Positions 44,083 through 56,662 of a DNA stretch of 64,000 nt are shown piece after piece. The stretch is from Chrysomallon squamiferum (Eukaryota > Animalia > Mollusca). Under the pieces are notes generated by a model, which did not search any database, was not told where the DNA came from, and saw only the letters and a program-made list of their open reading frames with translations. A program made the translations under genes and the position numbers. Every line of letters starts with the position of its first letter. Positions within the stretch are counted from its first letter, which is position 1. The stretch covers positions 29,450,001 through 29,514,000 of the forward strand of contig CM022679.1 in NCBI GenBank assembly GCA_012295275.1, read 5' to 3'.

Positions 44083-44396
44083 ATCACACAAGTATTTCAT
44101 TTCAGTTACTGTGTCATGTATATAATGGTGCACTTTGTTTTACAAAAATGTTACAAAGTATCAGCTTTAACAACAATGTATAATCCTGTACGGAATACTA
44201 TGTTTTCAGATAGCACTAAGTATCACTAAGTACACTGTTTTATTATGTACAAAGTATTACTATCACTGGCTATAATAACAGATTACCGAGACCAAACACA
44301 ACAAGAGACAGACATTTTAAAATGTATCCTACATATTTTTATCGTGATTTTCTTGTTTGTTTGCTAAAAATCTTCCTGCTGTTGTTGATTTTTGCT

Positions 44397-44434
<38 letters not shown>

Positions 44435-45407
44435 AAAGGATTGCTCTAAGTTGATGTTAATGGTTTATATTATTATTCTTTAAATAAGAAAAAAAGAAAA
44501 AAAAAAAGAAATAGAGAAATAAATAGTATCTATTATTGTTGTTGTTGTTGTTGTTTACTGATTGTTGTTGATGTTGTTTACTGATTGTTGTTGATGTTGT
44601 TTACTGATTGTTGTTGTTGTTTACCTCACTGGATCACACAGGCATAAAGGAATGAAAAACAAAACTTCTCATGCAACACGTAATAAAATTAGGATTAAGC
44701 GAATGAAAGGAAGTCTGACATACTGTGACCGACATTCACACTGTGTTGAATCATTGATCTATCTGGCTTTTGTCACTCATGTACTGCAGAAGACTGGTAA
44801 AATCAATCACAGGTACTGACAATGGTGGGGATCATGAAAACAACAAAAACAACAAAAACAGATCCTATCCAAGGACAGAGAGTGAAAGAAAACAACATTT
44901 CAGTTGAGCTAACACTAAAGTACAGACACTGAATACGTTATTGTATTTTACACTGTATACTAAATCTGCATATATACATATGAAAGGGTATATAATGGTT
45001 GTATAATAAAGGTAAATATTATATATAAAAGTGTATATGACGGATAATAATACATCTGTGTATTACACATAAAGCAAAGTTTTTCAACTGTGTAATAAAT
45101 ATGGATATTGCATATGCAGGTATTACTATAAAGAATACTTTGTACACAAGTATTAAGATTGATAGTGTAGTATAATATACTTTTTTTTTTTACCTAAGTG
45201 TGTATATAACTGAACATTGTAATACAGGAACTGTTTGTAAAACATCATTAATTCATGAATATATTTCAGTTTTACAACTGAATTGATGTAAATTTTGTTT
45301 TCACTTTAATGCAAACTGTTGTTCACAATCAAGGTATATTTAAAACAAAATTTCTAAATTAATGAATATTAGGATGTAACATAATATGACTGGACAGATG
45401 AGATATT

Positions 45408-45460
<53 letters not shown>

Positions 45461-45662
45461 TTATATATACCAAATACCTTGTCTTGTGTAATGAACATAA
45501 CATGTAGAAGAAACTTCTAGAAGATCTGTCATAATATATATATGTGTGTATGTATGTATGTATGTATGTATGTATGTATGTATGTATGTATGTATGTATG
45601 TATGTATATATATATGTATGTATGTATGTATATATATAAATATATATATACATATGTATATA

Positions 45663-45712
<50 letters not shown>

Positions 45713-46223
45713 TATATATTTATTTATATACATATATATATGTATGTATATAAATAAATAAATATATATATATATTATAATCAATAAAGATTTTCAGATT
45801 TCTTGAGCTAGTGTCATGTTACTGTTACCAACTCAACAATATTTACAAATTTAAATATTTATATTTATGTGCCTGTTACCATGTTACAGATCTCCTGTAA
45901 GAATCGGCTGACTTTATTCTACAGAAGATAACAAGGGTGAAATAATGGCTCTAAATACACTGTAATACAATGTCAGTGACATTATGACGACACAGTTACC
46001 AACTGTGACCTTTGATAGATTTAATGTTACTAGAATAACAGTATAATATAACAATGTTTTGTTTATTATTATTTTCTTGTTTCTAATGTCTTACATTGTT
46101 GTAAAATGTTGCGAAATGTGAGGAACTGATGAACAAGTAGTACAACAATGTAACGTTGTTATTAAAGGAAGGATTTTGACAATTACTACAAATGTTAAGA
46201 AAATAAAAACACATCATAATACT

Positions 46224-46308
<85 letters not shown>

Positions 46309-46724
46309 AATTAGATAGATAATAATAGACTAAAAATAATTGAACTTGCCAGTCCTGTCTGAAAATGATATAAAAAAAATAATAAAACATTCTCTCTCAC
46401 TCTCTCTCTCCCTCTTTCTGACTGTCAGCCACTCCCTATCCCTCTTTTTGTCAGTCTATCTCCCTCTGTATCCCAATCTCTCTCTCTCTCTCTCTGACTA
46501 ATGAGAAAATAAATCCTATGTATAGAATAACCTGCTACACCACACCTGTTGTGTTCTGTACAGTTTGATGAATTTACCTGTCTGACAAACTCGTCAAGGT
46601 GTAATCACAATAAAAGTCTTATCTGATTATTGTAAAACAATTTACATAGCAGCTGGTGTCAGTGAAAAAAACACTGAATTTAAATTTAATAAACATGAAA
46701 ATAAACTTGATTATTCTGTATGTT

Positions 46725-46759
<35 letters not shown>

Positions 46760-46820
46760 TTATTATTATTATTATTTGTTAAAATTATTATTTTAATGTT
46801 TTATTATTATTATTTTAATG

Positions 46821-46853
<33 letters not shown>

Positions 46854-47151
46854 CATCATCATCATTTTATGAGGTGAAATACGTATTCTAAATCAAATAT
46901 TTTAGAATTTGTATCCGTATTTAAAATAGAACTAACAGATACTAATAAGAAAAAATCAGTAAGAAATTTATCATGCTACACACAAACATTTACATAAATA
47001 AATAAATAATTTACCAACAACAGTGATAATAATAATAATAATAATAAGTAAATATCACTTAATAAAGAAAAAGAAATAAAACAAACAACATCTGTATTAT
47101 TTGACTATTAAAGAAATTAGCGAGACAGATCGAAAGAGTGGGGGGGTGAGT

Positions 47152-47239
<88 letters not shown>

Positions 47240-47403
47240 GTGAGGGAGGTTAGAAAGAGAGGGAGGGAGGCAGAGAGAGAGGGAGGGACGGAGGTATGAG
47301 AAAGTTTCAGACGAGTTAATCCACGTTTTGAAACCAGGCCTGGACACGCGTTTCTCTAACACGAGCAGCAGACAGCAGAACTTAGCGCAGTCCGCTCGCT
47401 TAC

Positions 47404-47587
47404 CTTGCAGCATTTGTTCCAGCTTCTTTCTGTCTATCCGAAACCTGTCTTCCACAAAGGCGGGGTCGCGTTCGCCGTGTTCATCCCGGCTCCCGACAGA
47501 CGAGGTGTCGCAGAAATCCGCGCCGGAATCGTCAATGAACGGCGTCTCCCTCATTCCGCTTCGCTCCTCGTACAACCTCTCCGCCAT
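47404..47587 (-). CDS. BicC: Bicaudal-C homolog, coding exon 1
   Basis: ATG at 47587. Encodes MAERLYEERSG...DPAFVEDRFRIDRKKLEQMLQ, matching the recalled BicC N-terminal motif (E)ERFRVDRKKLExML. Ends CAAG|gtaagc, phase 1, 184 bp. Confidence 0.93.
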
Positions 47588-47712
47588 AGCATTCTTGTTG
47601 TCATACGGAAGTGAGGCTGTCAAATGAGAGCGAGGCTTTCTCGCGCGTCGTCTGCTTGCCAACACGTGCGAGATTTTGCGTGGGGCTCTCGAAGGCTGCG
47701 CAAACGAAGTGA

Positions 47713-47715
<3 letters not shown>
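47588..47715 (-). promoter_or_regulatory. BicC 5'UTR / proximal promoter, CpG-rich
   Basis: CpG-dense island flanked by (GA)n tracts. ETS-like CGGAAGTG at 47606-47613, E-box CACGTG at 47663-47668, E2F-like TTTCTCGCGCG near 47637. TSS not determinable. Confidence 0.5.
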
Positions 47716-47803
<88 letters not shown>

Positions 47804-48193
47804 TAACATGGGGTATTTTGGGTTTTTAAAAAATAATATTCAACCCTTTTGTGGATTACTCTTACGGGTTAGCAGCATGTTTTAATGTGTGGTTTATCCT
47901 ACATAGGGAAATCACGTATCTTTGCCTTGGCTGTACTAAACGTATTAGTGGAATGAAAAGTGACCTAAGTTAGATGTAGTGCAGACGTTTCAAACGTTTT
48001 TATAGCGGAGAAAATATTCGGGTGGGTTGATGTGTGACACTTTTCAAACATCACGACGGAGCAGCTTCAGTATGGTGAGTTTTGACTGGATAAACTATAA
48101 CACAAAATTATAATTTTTGAGGAGAAAATAATAATAAATAAATAAAAAAATAAATAAATAAATAAAAAATGGTTTTCCGCCATTTTTGAGGAA

Positions 48194-48592
48194 TTTTATT
48201 TTATTTTATTTATTTTACTTTATTTTATTTTATTTTATTTTAATTTTTATTTTATTATATTTTATTTTATTAATTTACTTTATTTTATTTATTTTTATTT
48301 TATTTTATTTTATTTATTATATTTTATTATTTTATTTTATTTTATTTTAATTTTAATTTTATTATATTTTATTTTATTAATTTACTTTATTTTATTTATT
48401 TTATTTTATTTTATTTTATTTATTATATTTTATTATTTTATTTTATTTTATTTTATTTTTTTATTTTATTTTATTTTATTTTATTTATTTATATTATTTA
48501 TTTTATTTTATTTTATTTTTATTTTATTATTTTATTTTATTTTATTTATTTTATTATTTTTATTTCATTTTTATTTATTTATTTATTTATTT
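48194..48592. repeat. (TTTTA)n low-complexity tract, also duplicated at ~59402-59708
   Basis: Imperfect pentamer array. Confidence 0.9.
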
Positions 48593-49097
48593 TGTTTCTT
48601 TATTAACATTTTTTTTATTGTTTTCTCATTTAATCTTTATAAAGAAAACGCTTTAAATTTTCGCAGAGTACCTAATCATTAATTTAAAAGGAAAAACAAT
48701 CACTAACACATTTACCATCATTTTATTTTTTTTTTTTTTTTTTTTTTTATTTTTTTTTTTTTTTTTTTTAGCTGTTTGTTCACAAGATCGCTTCAAATAA
48801 AATGTTCTGCCGAGGCAATGTAGAGGCAGCTTTTTGTGCTGTTATTGCTGCATTCGTGTACGACGACGCCAAACCAAACAGAACTTTTACACGCAGTGAC
48901 AGCTGTGCTGCAGGTTTGTCACAAATCTGACGGGTGGAATTTCGAACATTCGTGTGAAGAATGTGCGATGTTGGTTTTTGAGGTACAGGAGTTTATTTAC
49001 TTATCTTAAAATTCTCACCTAGTGGTTTGGCGGGGTGGTTTTTTTTTTGTTGTTGTTGTTGTGTTACAGTTGTTTGAATGGAGGAATATGCAAGTGA

Positions 49098-49183
<86 letters not shown>

Positions 49184-50219
49184 GATAGTTATACTTTCAG
49201 AGGTGAAGATAAAGAGACAGACAGAAAGAAAAGGAAGATGGAAAGAGATGAGGTTAAAGAGAATAAAAAGAATGAAAGAGCTGGCAACAGATAATTGTAA
49301 ACAGTGCGTGTGAATTAGTGTGAATGTATTCATCTGTCTGTCTATCTTTGTGCGTCTCTTTGTCCATCTTTGTACGTCTGTCTGTCTATCTTTGTGCGTC
49401 TGTCTCTTTGAGAATGTGAATATGAGCGAGCATGTTTCCCCTCGTCTCGGTCTTTACAGATCAGTTACCATAGTAACGCACAATCGTGATCAGCAATCAA
49501 CAGTAATAATTCATTTTCATTCCTGCTTTAAGAATCCATCTGGCGCATGAACCAGTCCCGTCAGAAGAGCGGTTTACACGTGAAGAAGTCTTGAATTCAC
49601 TTACAGCGTAATAAAACTTTTTACTTGCGAAATTCTTTCGGTGACAGGGGATAACTGACCAGGTGAAAGGTCCAGGTGAAAAAAAAAAAAAAAAATTCTA
49701 CAAGTACCTTCACTACTTCGATACTTTTCTAATGTCTTATTAGCTGAGCCGCGAGTCTGTCTTGCAGACAGTATTTGATTTAGAAATAACACTGTCGCAT
49801 GTTCACGTTGAAAAGTTATCAAATACAAATCATTTCGAAATCAGGTTCATCTCGGTAACAGAAGACCCGAAGATACGATATCTCCATATTGCGAGAATGG
49901 CGGTCGGACGCAAATAGTCTATTTAAGCTGAGTAATTGGGCACGATTTTATTATAAATGTGTAAATGACGTTTCAGCACTTACCTGACAGGATCTATGTG
50001 TTTTTTTTTTTTTTTTTTTTTTTTGTTTCTTTGTTTCTTTACTTATTCATTTATTAATTATTCTTTGTATTCATATACCAAAAAACTGATCTTTCATATG
50101 CAATTTTCAAAAGACAAGAACAAAATACACAAGAAAGAAAGAAAGAAAAACAACCATGCTCCGGCATTTGTAAAACGAGTCGCGAATCAAGACTGGAACA
50201 AGTGACGAAAAAAAGTTTA

Positions 50220-50255
<36 letters not shown>

Positions 50256-50324
50256 TACAGTAGCAACAACTAAAATAAGAAACAAAAACAACGGCGACGA
50301 CGACAACGACGAATACAACAATAA

Positions 50325-50359
<35 letters not shown>

Positions 50360-50555
50360 CTACTACTACTACTACTACTACGAGTAATAATAATAATAAC
50401 ATTTAAACTTTCCAGATATAATACTACTACAAAGTGTGTGCAAGCTAATTTTATATAAGACTAAATTGGATATTATGTAAATCAATAGCCTAGATGTTTT
50501 CACAGAGTAAAGAGTTAATAATAATAAAAATGATAATAATAAAATAATAATAATA

Positions 50556-50597
<42 letters not shown>

Positions 50598-51059
50598 GTC
50601 ATTATTATTATTATGATTATTATTAGAAGAAGATAAAGAAGCGGGATATTTATCCCGTTTCCAGGAGAAAGCAGACCACACATTGTGTTCCCCTCCCTCA
50701 TGATATATAATGATATAGAGTCGTAGACATATACGATTCCATGTTAGGATTGTCACGATCTTACTAGGTATCATGTTTGTATATATATCACATGTTTCAG
50801 TATACCAGTCAACTTATAATGATTGTATCTACTGCATGCTTTAATTTAACTACATTCCACTACAAATATTAATCTTCTGTCTTATTCATTCAATACGTCC
50901 TTCTGTTATTATATCATGTAATACTTCTGTAACGATGTTCTTATTTACTGAAATTATTATTATTATCAGGTTTACACCGTTCTTGTTTTTTTTTTGTTCC
51001 GGAACGTGATATCGGGTATATCGGGTATACTCGATTACTTAATACATCTAAATATAACT

Positions 51060-51069
51060 GGGAATTTCC
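51060..51069 (+). promoter_or_regulatory. NF-kB/Rel site upstream of receptor copy A
   Basis: GGGAATTTCC fits GGGRNWYYCC. It lies 50 bp before the ATG, directly after a TATAA-like box. Confidence 0.6.
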
Positions 51070-51118
51070 AAAAATTGCTGTCTGGAAGACGTAGCTGTGA
51101 TCAGAACCAACACTGACA

Positions 51119-51195
51119 ATGATGCTTCTGATGTTGATGTTTCTGCTGTTCTTTTTGCTCGTGTCTGTTCTGGGATATTCTCTGCATCCAGAAAG
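51119..51195 (+). CDS. Grindelwald-like TNF-receptor-type membrane protein, copy A, exon 1 (signal peptide)
   Basis: MMLLMLMFLLFFLLVSVLGYSLHPE(R) is a hydrophobic signal peptide. Donor AG|gtaagt, phase 2, matches the next exon. Confidence 0.85.
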
Positions 51196-51807
51196 GTAAG
51201 TTAATCGTAAAGAAAAAGGAAATAACCTTGTAAGTAGAAGACGTGAGCGTGTAACTGTACATATATACATACACACACATACACTATATATGTGTCCGAA
51301 CACAGCTGGTGTTGCTACCTGTTTTAAAAAAATATATTTTTTTAATTTTTTTTGTTTAATTTTTTTTGTCGTGTCTTTACTGAGGTCTTGATCGTAGTTA
51401 GGGCAAATTTTAGAAGGAAAGAAAGATAACTCTGTCAGAACATTATTTTGCACCATCTTCTTCGCTCTGCATTATTATTATTATTGTTGTTGTCTAGATA
51501 AGTTCTCAGATTTTCGAGCTGTATAAGTAAATGTGTATGAATTCTGTACGAGATAGCTATTCAATTTTCATCTCGGTTTTACCTTTCTGAGGTGGCACGG
51601 TCGCTGTCTTTCGTTTGTTTGTTTTGTGTTGTTTCTTCTCTATAAACTGTAATTATTTTATGAGCTGACCAGAACGGATTTATACATTTGAATTTGTAGC
51701 AGTTATTTACCCGTTCCAGAAAATGATTTCCGATTTGTTTATGATTTTATGTTAATGGAAAAGAGGATAATGTTAAGAGTATATGTATATATGTATGTAT
51801 GTATGTA

Positions 51808-51843
<36 letters not shown>

Positions 51844-51953
51844 GAGATATAATCAACAAATTCATATATCTAAAACAAAAGAATGAAAAAAAAATCATGT
51901 TAAGATGAAGATATTTCGTTTTATAATCTGATAACAGAAATAAGTAATTAAGA

Positions 51954-51988
<35 letters not shown>

Positions 51989-52362
51989 AATCAGAATTGA
52001 CAAAATAATGCAAATGCAATTTATTTTCCAAGTGAATATGAACGACTGCGCCCCAAGATACTTTTTATATGTTTATTCACACCACGTATTTACCTGTACA
52101 CTGTTTTTATATGTTTATTCACACCACGTATTCACTGTCTATTCATAATCCCGATATAGCTCTATGATCAATGTCTATTTTTAGAAACGGGTATTACAGT
52201 CTTCAAATTTTAATAACTATATAGACAATATTCGGCAGAAACTAAATTCTTTGTCTTTAATTTTTCTAAAATTCTTGTCGTTGTTGTTGTTGTTGCTGTT
52301 GTTGTTGTTTTCATATCTTTATTTGAGATCAGTAATTATTGTTTTAATTTATATTTAAAGCT

Positions 52363-52372
52363 GGGATTTTCC
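52363..52372 (+). promoter_or_regulatory. NF-kB/Rel site in intron 1 of receptor copy A
   Basis: GGGATTTTCC fits the kB consensus. Confidence 0.45.
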
Positions 52373-52629
52373 AGAAACACTTACTATAAATAGAGAACAT
52401 ACAAACGTACGTATTTGTGAGGATGAGTGTGTGTGTGTGTGTGTGTGTTTGTGTGTGTGCGTGTCCTGCAGACTGTTTGTATAAGCTGTATACAAAATAA
52501 AATGGAGTTACAGTTTAAACTTAGGACCTATTCTAACACTATATCCTATATTTCTTTGCTGGTTCATTAGTTGACTCTTCAGTCTACTGGTTGGTTGAAG
52601 AACTGATAAAGTTTCTTTTTTCGTTTCAG

Positions 52630-52772
52630 AAATTTTAGATGTTATCACGACTTGTGCACATATGATGAGCAGTTCTGCAACTGGAAAGAACAACGCTGTA
52701 AGAACTGTGAAGACTTTTCAGACAACTGCGGAAAACGAGAACAGCCGCACAACTGTTCTGTGTTCTGTGGCA
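52630..52772 (+). CDS. Grindelwald-like receptor, copy A, exon 2 (8-Cys cysteine-rich domain)
   Basis: tttcag| ... A|gtaagt; 143 bp, phase 2->1. Encodes NFRCYHDLCTYDEQFCNWKEQRCKNCEDFSDNCGKREQPHNCSVFCG; spacing C-x4-C-x6-C-x6-C-x2-C-x6-C-x8-C-x3-C. Confidence 0.87.
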
Positions 52773-52897
52773 GTAAGTTCTTTCTGAAATAAATCTTCAT
52801 TTTATCTTACAACGTTTTTGGTTGCTTTTTGTAGGTTTTTTGTTTGTTTCTTATTATTATTATTTCGCAGATTTAAAAATATATTTCTATTTTCTAG

Positions 52898-52945
52898 AAT
52901 TCTTGATTCAACAAACGTTGGTTTCCTGCAGAGCTAACTGTTCAG
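52898..52945 (+). CDS. Grindelwald-like receptor, copy A, exon 3
   Basis: ttctag| ... G|gtatgt; 48 bp, phase 1->1, open. Encodes (K)FLIQQTLVSCRANCS. Confidence 0.7.
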
Positions 52946-53618
52946 GTATGTAGTTTAGAATTCTTGACAAGCACGATTCAGTGAAACGTTTATTTTATTT
53001 TTATTTATTTTCACAGTAAAACGTTGAAACCATTTCTACCACTGCTGCTATTCTAACCATTACATTGTTTGTTCCTTATTTTAGTTGAAATCTTCACTTT
53101 AAGTCATCCTAAATCAGTTCATTGTTTTTGTATTTCAAATAACACAGTAACAACAACAACAACGATAACGACAACAATAACAAGAATAATAATAATAATA
53201 CAGATAACGATGATAATATTGAATTTATTGATGAAGATGATGATGATGATGATTGATGATTATTATGATGAAGAGCTGGATATGATGATGATAATGAATG
53301 AATGAATATGTAAATAATGAATGAATAAATAAAGAACAACATGACTAGATTTCTGTTAATTCTTTGAATAATTATAATTTTAAAAATCAATAACATTAAT
53401 AACAGCATCAGTGACATCAATATAAAAGTATGAATGAATGAATGAATGTATGAATAAATGAATGACTGTATGAATGAATGAATCAATGTATGAATAAATG
53501 AATAAATGAGAAGGGACCCTGAAATACGCATTATCACTAATTTCATAATTATGAACTTTAAACAGATATTTCATTTAAAATTTTAAAAACTATTCTATTT
53601 TTGCTTTTTTTTTCTTAG

Positions 53619-53681
53619 GACAAACACCACATCCAACGACATCGTCACCAACGTCAACAAAGACTACAACGCCCACAAAAG
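53619..53681 (+). CDS. Grindelwald-like receptor, copy A, exon 4 (Ser/Thr/Pro stalk)
   Basis: tcttag| ... G|gtatgt; 63 bp, phase 1->1. Encodes GQTPHPTTSSPTSTKTTTPTK, mucin-like. Confidence 0.8.
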
Positions 53682-53757
53682 GTATGTATCAATAATTTGT
53701 GCTTGCCTGTCTGTCTATCTATCTAAATGTCTGTCTGTCTGTCTATCTATTTATCTA

Positions 53758-53804
<47 letters not shown>

Positions 53805-54355
53805 GTCTTTCTGTCTGCCTATCTATCTATTTCTCAGTCTGTCAGTCAGTCTATCTATTTGTCTGTCTGTCTGTTTATCGACCAATCTATGTCTGTCTCT
53901 CTGTTTATCCATTTGCATGTCTCTCTCTATCTGTCTATCTATCTCTCTGCCTGTCTGTCTATCTGTCCGTCCGTCTGTGTGTCTGTCTCTCTATCTATCT
54001 TTCTTTCTATCTATCTATATATATGGGGTTTTTTGTCTGTCTATTATTTTATCTGCCTTCTGTCTTTCTCTCTATCTGTCTATATATCTATCTGTCTGTC
54101 TGTCTGTCTATCTTTATTTCTGTGTATCTATCAATATGTCTCTTTTATCTACTTATTTTTTTTATTTACTTATTTAATAATTTATTTACAGTGTTCTTTT
54201 GACGACTTACTATTATTATTATTATTTATAATTTTAATTACTGTCAGTTAATCACATAATACTTTTAATTTATATATAAATTAATTTATTAATTTACTTA
54301 CTGATATTTGTGGATTACCCTTCTTTCAGATATTAAAAATAATAATAATAATAAT

Positions 54356-54388
<33 letters not shown>

Positions 54389-54408
54389 CATAATAATAAT
54401 AATAATAA

Positions 54409-54443
<35 letters not shown>

Positions 54444-54586
54444 ATGAATAAAAATACAAATCTAACAATACAATGATTATTTAATACGTACTGTTAAAAT
54501 GTGATGAAATATCATTACAGAAATAATTAAATTATTTATTTATATTCTCTAATGGATCTAAATTGAAGACTTTGCTTTATTCTCAG

Positions 54587-54799
54587 ATATTTTCACAGAA
54601 CGCACCGAAGAATATGTCGAAGATAACCAGCTTCTCAAAGGCATAGGCATAGGCACAGTCATAGGCATTGGCGTAACCTCCTTCATAGGTGTCAGTTTTC
54701 TGCTGTGCTATCTCTTTAAGAGGAGATTCCCGGATATGCTGAAAAACGACAAAACTACAAATTCAAGAAAAAACCGCGAAGAAACAGTTCCCCTTCAAA
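54587..54799 (+). CDS. Grindelwald-like receptor, copy A, exon 5 (transmembrane helix)
   Basis: tctcag| ... A|gtaagt; 213 bp, phase 1->1. Encodes DIFTERTEEYVEDNQLLK-GIGIGTVIGIGVTSFIGVSFLLCYLF-KRRFPDMLK...TVPLQ: a TM segment followed by a basic stop-transfer motif. Confidence 0.87.
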
Positions 54800-54827
54800 G
54801 TAAGTAAATGTATTATCATTTATTTGT

Positions 54828-54858
<31 letters not shown>

Positions 54859-54942
54859 TTTGCTTTTTGTTTGTTTGTTTGTTTGTTTATTTATTTACTT
54901 ATTTATTTATTTATTTATTTACTTACTTACTTACTTACTTAC

Positions 54943-54993
<51 letters not shown>

Positions 54994-55483
54994 TTAATTT
55001 GTCTCTTTCTTTGTTTGTTTATTATTTCATTTTATTTGTTAGTTTGTTTATTTATTTGCTTGGTTATTTGTTTATTTATTTATTTGTATATAAGTATTAT
55101 TATTATTATTATCATGATTATTATTATTATTTAAATAATTTTTTTTTTTAAAGAATGTTGTGTGGGTTTTGTTTACTTATTTTATCTCACTTCTGTGAGA
55201 GATATACTGACACTGAGTATTCACTCGTACGTGTGTACTGTTTGTATGTAAAGCACGTGTACACAACCACACAAGCGCACATACACAATTCACCAACACG
55301 ACAAAGGAACTCTTCATCATTCCCGCATTAATCATGTGTCTATTTATGTTTTTACAGAAAAAAAAAAAAAAAAAAAAAAATATAAATCTTTCGTATGGCG
55401 TGGAAATGCAGTACTTATATATATCTATGTCTATATCTATATCTATGTAAGAAAAAAGCCAGTGTTAATTTACAAATTTACAG

Positions 55484-55656
55484 ACAAAGAACCAGACAAC
55501 GGGAATAAGGAAACTGTGGAGCCCAAACGTGCAGTCCGTGAAACTGAAAGTTCTGAACGAGCGACTGAACGAGAAGAAAATCTACATCGAAACGAACCCT
55601 GGAAAGGTGTTAGCCCGACCAGTCCTGCCGAGAAATCTCTTCTCCTTCCAAGTTAA
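55484..55656 (+). CDS. Grindelwald-like receptor, copy A, exon 6 (cytoplasmic tail and stop)
   Basis: ttacag|; phase 1. Encodes (N)KEPDNGNKETVEPKRAVRETESSERATEREENLHRNEPWKGVSPTSPAEKSLLLPS*. The six exons total 717 bp = 238 aa + stop. Confidence 0.82.
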
Positions 55657-56226
55657 CTGTTTTAGTCCGAATGTCTGTGTGTCTGTGTGACTGTATGTCT
55701 GTCTATGCAGGATCTACGCAGGGGGATCAACCCATACTCCTTTGAGAGCAAGCACATTCTACTACCCTCAGCCCGACATGCACTTACATTCACACACACA
55801 AACATCACTATAGCTACCAAACCAGCTTACTTATGTTTATTAGTAGTTTTAGAAAGAGCTTTGCCTGTCTCGGGAGTCCTAAGATTTCATCACTACTTAC
55901 TAATCTGAATGCACTTCAGTGCTTTCAATCTAACTTTCAGTTTGGGGAACTTAAAAACATGCACCAATTAACACTAATGTCTTTCATGAATAAATGTCAT
56001 TATAGATTTGTCTGAGTGTGTGCCTGTGTGTGTGTGTGTTTGTGTGTGTGCATGTTTGTGTGTGTGAGTGTGTGTGTATGTGTGTGTGTGTGTATGTGTG
56101 AATCCTGCAGTGTGTCTCTCTGTGTGTGTGTGTATGTATGTGTGTCTATAATCATGTCAGTACGCATTCACAATAATAATAATAATGATAATGATAATAA
56201 TAATGATAATAATAATAATTATAATG

Positions 56227-56273
<47 letters not shown>

Positions 56274-56359
56274 GATAATGTGTGTGTGTGTGTGTGTGTG
56301 AATCCTGCAGACTATTTGTATAAGCTGTACGTAAAATACAATGGGAAATAGAATTTAAC

Positions 56360-56427
56360 CTGTGAAGACTTTTCAGACTACTGCGGAAAACGAGAACAGC
56401 CGAACAACTGTTCTGTGTTCTGTGGAA
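56360..56427 (+). pseudogene. Truncated paralogous cysteine-rich exon (3' half only), copy B
   Basis: Encodes CEDFSDYCGKREQPNNCSVFCG followed by |gtaagt. The 5' half and the original acceptor are missing. Confidence 0.75.
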
Positions 56428-56557
56428 GTAAGTTCTGAGAAACTGAACTGATTTGAACTCAGTGAAATAAAGTGAATGACTGTCTAACTGAATTCATCTA
56501 AATGAAATAAGTCATCTGAAAAAAGTGGCTGTAAACAGAACGAATAATATTAAAAGA

Positions 56558-56597
<40 letters not shown>

Positions 56598-56622
56598 TTA
56601 CTATTACTATTACTATTACTAC

Positions 56623-56662
<40 letters not shown>

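Noticed and set aside
47117-47809. 230-aa ORF as a complete protein
   Set aside because: Only 47404-47587 is a real exon; the flanks are read-through of (TC)n microsatellites and intron.
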